From IMG/VR virus record IMGVR_UViG_2657245143_000002, positions 24,344 through 88,343 of that record: a stretch of DNA of 64,000 bases. One strand, 5' to 3'. Shown here piece after piece: positions 58,750-64,000 of the stretch. The stretch is from a virus. Taxonomy: Duplodnaviria > Caudoviricetes. The first letter of the stretch is position 1. Every line of letters starts with the position of its first letter. The notes below the pieces were generated by a model, which saw only the letters and a list, made by a program, of their open reading frames with translations, had not been told where the DNA came from and did not search any database. A program made the translations under genes and the position numbers.

Positions 58750-59601
58750 ATGAAACGTGACATCTACGGATGGCTCGGCGTCGTCCTCCTGCTGCTCGGC
58801 GGGCTGACGCTCAGCGCACCATTCGTCCTGCAAGCCATCGACTCCGCCGGGCAGACCGCGAGCGCCGAGGCCGCGGCCCTGCCCACACCAGACGGCAGGC
58901 GGATGATCGAGGAGGCCAAGGCGTACAACGAGGGCCTTTCGGCAAGGCCGCAGTCGGTGCTTGGCGAGGCCGGGGACACCTTCTCGGGGACCTCGTACAG
59001 CGGGGGAGACAAGGAGTACCGTGGGCTGCTCGACGCGGACGGCGAGGGCACAATGGGGGCGGTCCGCTATCCGAGGCTGCACATCAGCCTGCCGGTGCGC
59101 CACGGCACGGACGCCGCCACGCTGGAGAGGTCGGCGGGGCACCTCTACGGGACGTCGCTGCCGGTGGGAGGCGAATCCACGCACGCGGTCGTCGCGGCCC
59201 ACCGGGGTCTGGCGGACAGGCTGATGTTCACGAACCTTGGGCTCGCCAAGAAAGGCGACCTGTTCGAGATCGACGTGCAGGGGGAGCGGCTGCGTTACAA
59301 GGTGACGGACATCAGGGTCACCGGGCCGGACGACGTGAGGCCGCTCGCCATCGAGAAGGGGCGGGACCTCGTGACCCTCTACACCTGCACGCCATACGGG
59401 GTGAACACGCAGAGGCTCCTCGTCACCGGCGAGCGCACGGATGCTCCTTCGGACGGCGACCCCGGTCCGGTGGAGCGGCTGCCCGACTGGCTGGTGCCAC
59501 TGGTGCCGCTGGTGCCGCTGTGGGGTTTGCTGGGAATGTCGGTCGGCAGGACCATCAGGGGACCGAAGAGACGACCGGGGCGACATGCAAGGAAGAGGTA
59601 A
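58750..59601 (+). CDS. srtC: Class C sortase
   Basis: GHLYGTSLPVGG..HAVVAAHRG..TLYTCTPYGVNTQRLLV. Confidence 0.92.
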   Translation: MKRDIYGWLGVVLLLLGGLTLSAPFVLQAIDSAGQTASAEAAALPTPDGRRMIEEAKAYNEGLSARPQSVLGEAGDTFSGTSYSGGDKEYRGLLDADGEGTMGAVRYPRLHISLPVRHGTDAATLERSAGHLYGTSLPVGGESTHAVVAAHRGLADRLMFTNLGLAKKGDLFEIDVQGERLRYKVTDIRVTGPDDVRPLAIEKGRDLVTLYTCTPYGVNTQRLLVTGERTDAPSDGDPGPVERLPDWLVPLVPLVPLWGLLGMSVGRTIRGPKRRPGRHARKR

Positions 59602-59641
59602 AACGCGCTTTGCCGCGAGCTGTTGTTAGACTGTTGCCATT

Positions 59642-60907
59642 ATGGCAGACACAAGCATGGATACGTCCACCACTTTTGCGGATAACCTCAAGTTACCTAT
59701 CCACCGCTGGTATCGGTATACCGCCGGTTATTCGGGACAGTGGGCCGAGGACGTGATTCGCCAAGACTACGAGCGCAAGGGCAAACCAAAGGGATACAAA
59801 GTGTTGGACCCCTTTGCCGGCAGCGGCACCACTATGCTCGCAGCCGATCAGACCGGCGTGGCATCCTTGGGTTTTGAATCGCACCCCTTGGTCAACAGGA
59901 TTGACGCCGCCAAGCTCTCTTGGAACACGGATGCCTTGGCCTTCGCCGCCAAAGGGCAGGAAATCGCAGACCTTGCGATGTCCATAGACGAACCCCTCTA
60001 CGAGTACCCACCCCTTGTGGAGAAATGCTACAGCCCGGAGAACTTGCTGGAAATTGACCACTTGCGGAAGGCTCTGGAGCGAACCAAGGAGGATTCGCCC
60101 GAGTACTTGCTCGCTTGGGTGGCCTTCGTTTGCATCCTGCGCAGCGTATCCCATGCTGGTACCGCAACGTGGCAGTATGTGTTGCCGAGCAGAACCAAGG
60201 CGAAGGTGTCCGACACCCTTAAGGCGTACCTGCGCCAAATCGACCTGATGGCCGACGACATGATCTTCATGCAGAATAGTGGGGCCCTGAAGCTCTCCCA
60301 AGTGGCCGCGCAGGATTCCCGCGAGCGCTACAGCGGTTTGGATGGTGAGGTGAATTTGGTGCTCACCTCGCCACCCTATGCCAACAATTACGATTATGCG
60401 GACGCCACAAGGCTTGAGCTGAGCGTGCTGGGCGACATCAAGGGCTGGGGTGACCTGCAAAGTCTTGTCCGTAGCAATCTTGTCCGCTCATGCTCCCAAG
60501 CGGTCTCCAAGGAGAAACCGCATACCTATGAGTTCATCGAGGACCCCCTGCTCGCGCCAATCCATGATGAAATTCTGGATGTGTGCAAGCGCATGGAAGC
60601 CGAGCGTGAAAATCATGGTGGCAAGAAGAACTACCACACCATGATCGTGCTGTACTTCCTCGACCTTGCCAAGGTTTTCGTCAACCTTCGCGCCTATTGC
60701 AAACCGGGTTCCCGCGTGTGTTTCGTCATAGGGGACTCCGCCCCTTATGGGGTTTATGTGCCCGTAGATGACTGGCTCGGTCGTTTGGCCCAAGCGGCAG
60801 GCTTTGGCGACTACACCTTCGAGAAGACTCGGGACCGCAACATCAAATGGAAAAACCGCAAGCACAGGGTGCCCTTGAAGGAGGGGTACCTCTGGATGGA
60901 GGGCTGA
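59642..60907 (+). CDS. Amino-DNA methyltransferase (likely N4-cytosine)
   Basis: IHRWY.Y, DPFAGSGTT (motif I), LTSPPY (motif IV); lower GC. Confidence 0.88.
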   Translation: MADTSMDTSTTFADNLKLPIHRWYRYTAGYSGQWAEDVIRQDYERKGKPKGYKVLDPFAGSGTTMLAADQTGVASLGFESHPLVNRIDAAKLSWNTDALAFAAKGQEIADLAMSIDEPLYEYPPLVEKCYSPENLLEIDHLRKALERTKEDSPEYLLAWVAFVCILRSVSHAGTATWQYVLPSRTKAKVSDTLKAYLRQIDLMADDMIFMQNSGALKLSQVAAQDSRERYSGLDGEVNLVLTSPPYANNYDYADATRLELSVLGDIKGWGDLQSLVRSNLVRSCSQAVSKEKPHTYEFIEDPLLAPIHDEILDVCKRMEAERENHGGKKNYHTMIVLYFLDLAKVFVNLRAYCKPGSRVCFVIGDSAPYGVYVPVDDWLGRLAQAAGFGDYTFEKTRDRNIKWKNRKHRVPLKEGYLWMEG

Positions 60908-60908
60908 G

Positions 60909-61778
60909 ATGGCTACATCGCCAACGCATCGTTTTGGGCAGATCATAGGCGACCTTCTGGAAATCGCCACAGTGGAGAAGGTCAGGCCGGTCGTCAGCAA
61001 ACATGGCATGTATCTCGACTCCATTCATCCCCGCCCGGCTCGCGGCAATAGGAGAAAGATTCATGTCGAGGACGCTCTGGGCAACTATCACGACCTTGAC
61101 CTCGTGGTGGAGGAAGGCGGCAGCGAAGAGGTGCTTGGCAAGCCGCGAGCGTTTATAGAAGTCGCTTGGCGTCGATACACCAAGCACTCGAAGAACAAGG
61201 CTCAGGAAATATCCTCGGCTGTACTGGCCTGCGCCAAGAGATTTGCAGACGATGCGCCCTTTATGGGTACGGTGCTCGCTGGCGACTTCACTCAGAACTC
61301 CCTAGATCAGTTGACCTCGCAGGGGTTTGTGGTTGTGCATTTTCCCTTGGAAGCCATCGTTGATGCCTTCGCGGTCGCCGGCATTGACGCCTATTGGGAG
61401 GAGGATACACCCGACGCTCAGGTGAAGGAACAGGTGCGCCGCTATGACGCGCTGTCCAAGGAAAGTATCAACGCCATCAAGGAACGGCTTTTCGATCTGC
61501 AAGCCGACGCCTTCGACACCTTTACGCATGTGCTCGATGCTTCCCTCGACCGACGTGTCAAGGAGGTCCGCGTTCTGACCCTCTGGGGCATCTCGCAAGC
61601 CTTCACCGACCTCGCGGGTGCTCGCGCTTATATAGAATCAGTGAATGAGCGAAGCGCCGGCGAAGCCGGTTTCCTGCGCTATGAGGTTGAAATCGAATAC
61701 ACCAATGGCTCCAAGACGCGCATGACGTTTGCCGACAAGTATGAAGCATTGCGCAAGCTGGCGCTTATGGAGGACTGA
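60909..61778 (+). CDS. Putative type II restriction endonuclease
   Basis: Coupled to the MTase; HDLDLVVE..FIEVAWRRYTKHSKNK PD-(D/E)xK-like. Confidence 0.7.
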   Translation: MATSPTHRFGQIIGDLLEIATVEKVRPVVSKHGMYLDSIHPRPARGNRRKIHVEDALGNYHDLDLVVEEGGSEEVLGKPRAFIEVAWRRYTKHSKNKAQEISSAVLACAKRFADDAPFMGTVLAGDFTQNSLDQLTSQGFVVVHFPLEAIVDAFAVAGIDAYWEEDTPDAQVKEQVRRYDALSKESINAIKERLFDLQADAFDTFTHVLDASLDRRVKEVRVLTLWGISQAFTDLAGARAYIESVNERSAGEAGFLRYEVEIEYTNGSKTRMTFADKYEALRKLALMED

Positions 61779-61882
61779 CGGAGCATTTCTACAGAGCGCT
61801 CGAAGGTGCTGGCTATGCGCTGGACTGCAATATCGTCAACCAACTGGTCACCGGCCTGTCCTATGGAAGGCAGGCCGGTGAC

Positions 61883-62497
61883 TTGTTGCCTTCTTGGCTT
61901 CTGGAGGAGTTGAAGGCGGGCACGCGCGTCGATTATGGCGTGGGTGTCTGTGAGGCTTTCATGCAGCGCACGCACGAACCGAAGTCACAGGCATTGTCCT
62001 ACGCGAGAGAAGTCTTCACACTTCTCGGGTCAGGGGCAGGGGAACGTCCTTCTCTGGAGATCGCCTATGAGAGCCATCTGGCATCATACGCGGCGCTTTT
62101 GGGCTGCCTGTCCCACAGGAGCGTCGCTGCGCACCCCGAAGAGGAGACCTCAAAGTTTATTCATCTTCTGCAAAAGGGCTGTGCCTCTTTCGATCTTAGA
62201 CGTCTCACACATCTCTCAGGCAATGATTCACCAGATGGGATGGCTGCTGCGGCTTGGAACACGGCGTGGGATATGACTCTATTGAGCCACTGCGTCAACA
62301 ATGGCCTCACACTGGTCACACACGACAGAGCCTTGGCCGAATATGCGGAGCTTTTCACGCCGTCATTGGTACTTGACACGACAAAGAAGGCACCCTGCAT
62401 AAAGCCGGGTCTTGTCAAAGCTCTGGAGCAGGAGTTGCAGGTCGCGCAACATTATGACGCCAATCTTCCTTATGCCGGGGGACTGCGCCGACTCTAA
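61883..62497 (+). CDS. Hypothetical protein (start uncertain, possibly degenerate)
   Basis: ORF with NTAWDMT..LVTHDRAL, weakly PIN-like. Confidence 0.35.
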   Translation: MLPSWLLEELKAGTRVDYGVGVCEAFMQRTHEPKSQALSYAREVFTLLGSGAGERPSLEIAYESHLASYAALLGCLSHRSVAAHPEEETSKFIHLLQKGCASFDLRRLTHLSGNDSPDGMAAAAWNTAWDMTLLSHCVNNGLTLVTHDRALAEYAELFTPSLVLDTTKKAPCIKPGLVKALEQELQVAQHYDANLPYAGGLRRL

Positions 62498-62526
62498 GCC
62501 GCTGTAGCACCCGCACAGGCTAAGGC

Positions 62527-62748
62527 ATGACAAGCCATATCGAGGAGCCGCCGTTGCGCGACAGACTGACCCTGACCGTGCCCGAAGCCGGGGCGCTCTC
62601 CGGCATACCCGCGAGGGTGGTGAGGGCCGCCGTGCTCAACGGCGACATGCCCGCCTGCTACGCGGGCTCCACGACCATGCGCATCCGCCGCGCTGATCTG
62701 GACGAGTGGGTGGCGAACCTGCCGGTTGACCCGCCGACGCCCAAGTGA
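62527..62748 (+). CDS. xis: Excisionase-family HTH protein
   Basis: LTVPEAGALSGI..VR..G.MPA..RIRRADLDEW. Confidence 0.8.
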   Translation: MTSHIEEPPLRDRLTLTVPEAGALSGIPARVVRAAVLNGDMPACYAGSTTMRIRRADLDEWVANLPVDPPTPK

Positions 62749-62771
62749 CACAGGAGGCGGGCGATATGCGA

Positions 62772-62807
62772 AAAGGACCGGCCCGTTGACCTACGGGCCG
62801 GTCCTTT
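62772..62807. terminator. Bidirectional terminator between xis and int
   Basis: AAAGGACCGGCCCGT/ACGGGCCGGTCCTTT. Confidence 0.7.
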
Positions 62808-62818
62808 ATATATAAGGA

Positions 62819-64000
62819 CTAATCGGTCAGCCTCAGCGCACCGGTCGCGCCCTCGCTGGCCTTCAGCAGTGCCTCGGTGTCCGCGTGCAGGTACACGCTG
62901 TCCATCGCGCCGTCGCTGTGGCCCATCAGCGCGAGCCGGGCGCTCTCCGGCACGCCGGCGTTGGCGAAGAGCGTGTCCGCCGTGTGCCTCGCGGAGTGCG
63001 GCCTGAGCCTGACGCCATCCTCGCCGTTCACTATGCCGATTCGCAGCAGCGCCTTGTCCCAGTGGAAGTACTCGATTCGCCTGTCGATGGGCGTGCCACG
63101 GCCGGTGACGAACAGCATGGGGGAGTCCACGCCTTTTTGCCTGCGTATGGTGAGCCATTCGTCCAGCGCCCCGCACATCACGTCGTCCAAGACCACGATT
63201 CTCTCGCCGCTGTCCGTCTTGGGCGGGCACAGCCAGAAGCCATTGCCCAGATCGGTCACGTCCTCGCCCAGAGGCCAGTCCGCCTTCCTTGAGTCCGGGA
63301 TTCGCTGCAACTGGTGGTCGATCACCAAGGCGCGCCTGCCGTTCAACGTCGTCAGCTCGTCCATCGTCAGTCCGAGCCGTTCGCCCTGCCTCAGCCCGGT
63401 GGCGAAGGCGAGCAGCCAGTTGAGACGCCACATCGGGTCGGGCTCCGCCTTTATCAGCTCCGCCGCCTGCGCAGGGGACAGGACCTTCATCGGCCTGCGC
63501 CTGCCCGACACCGGGCGGACCATCTTGGCCGGATTCGTTCGTATGAGGTTTTCGTCACGCGCGGCCTCAAGCGCGTTCTTCAGGACGGACCAAGTAAGCG
63601 TGGCCGTCTTCGGGCTGTAGCACTTCAGGCCGTCCTGAATGGCCGCCATGTCCTTGTGGCCCAGCGAGCTGATGCGCCTCGCGCCGGCTATCTTGTTCAG
63701 CCGCACGATGGCGTTCTCGTAGCTTCGCCTGCTGTTCGGACGCAGGTTGGCCTCGGCCCGCTCATGGTACCAAGTCTCCAGCCAGTCCATGAGGCGCGGC
63801 GACGGCGAGTTCGGCGTGAGGCCCTTGCGCACGTATGCGTCCAGCTTCATCCTGAGCCTCGCGTTCGCCACCGCCTTGGTCTTGCCTTGGGCCGTGAGCC
63901 GCCGCCTGCGCCCGGTGGCCCTGTCGGGCTCTATGTCTATCGCGGCGTGCCAGATTCCATCGGCGCTCTTGTATGTCGAGCCGCCGCCACCCATTGCCAT
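62819..64000 (-). CDS. int: Tyrosine recombinase/integrase
   Basis: TGLRQGE, PKT, HSARHT, LMGHS..Y catalytic residues; N-terminal arm-binding region. Confidence 0.93.
   Translation of the reverse strand: MAMGGGGSTYKSADGIWHAAIDIEPDRATGRRRRLTAQGKTKAVANARLRMKLDAYVRKGLTPNSPSPRLMDWLETWYHERAEANLRPNSRRSYENAIVRLNKIAGARRISSLGHKDMAAIQDGLKCYSPKTATLTWSVLKNALEAARDENLIRTNPAKMVRPVSGRRRPMKVLSPAQAAELIKAEPDPMWRLNWLLAFATGLRQGERLGLTMDELTTLNGRRALVIDHQLQRIPDSRKADWPLGEDVTDLGNGFWLCPPKTDSGERIVVLDDVMCGALDEWLTIRRQKGVDSPMLFVTGRGTPIDRRIEYFHWDKALLRIGIVNGEDGVRLRPHSARHTADTLFANAGVPESARLALMGHSDGAMDSVYLHADTEALLKASEGATGALRLTD

Larger units (their letters stand above)
6931..62518. promoter_or_regulatory. Dispersed motif B (G[CG]ACAG, usually followed by [CT]C)
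   Basis: Copies at e.g. 6931, 8262, 11166, 16922, 26638, 58566 (minus) and 11190, 30334, 32400, 39959, 40355, 44109, 45609, 47272, 50573, 53331, 55238, 57200, 62513 (plus). Confidence 0.6.

Noticed and set aside
57238-59586. 782-aa extended TnpB or Cas12-like protein
   Set aside because: The upstream extension is antisense to the sortase gene; the real start with RBS is at 58542, giving a standard 434-aa TnpB
62750-64000. att site of the integrase
   Set aside because: No direct repeat or tRNA-end duplication identifiable inside the window; probably beyond position 64000

Overview
High-GC window from a large actinobacterial mobile element, probably an integrative-conjugative element or integrated megaplasmid. 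A Bifidobacterium-like host is an inference from the NrdD, pilin/sortase and TnpB sequence style. Transfer genes are scattered Gram-positive T4SS types: an FtsK C-terminus, VirD4-like ATPase, Replic_Relax-type relaxase, lysozyme-CHAP, and VirB2/B3/B6/B8-like membrane proteins. Replication and maintenance functions include a TOPRIM primase-helicase, phage-type SSB, Pif1 helicase, intein-containing NrdD, ParA, an mIHF-like protein and an iteron/AT-rich origin candidate. The window also holds a tRNA array, a sortase pilus interrupted by a solo TnpB, a type II R-M pair and xis/int at the right edge. The most striking unexplained feature is a family of eight otherwise unrelated, mostly acidic proteins, seven of them in tandem at 40.4-47.1 kb. 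They share a protein-level N-terminal tag, R[VI]PxG[RY]R[EDN]GG[RQ][FY]A-x8..11-[VAT]x[DE][LIM], which may be a cargo-addressing or translocation signal. Two short intergenic motifs (WWTCCGCRCCATGC, about 19 copies, and G[CG]ACAG, over 25 copies) precede most genes, and a divergent sigma70-like protein at 9190-10245 is a candidate reader. Also notable are an Ala1 mini-intein in NrdD, A34-anticodon tRNAs and unassigned structured RNAs inside the tRNA array. Several single-base frameshifts look like assembly errors. All protein family calls come from motif recognition by eye, not from database searches.
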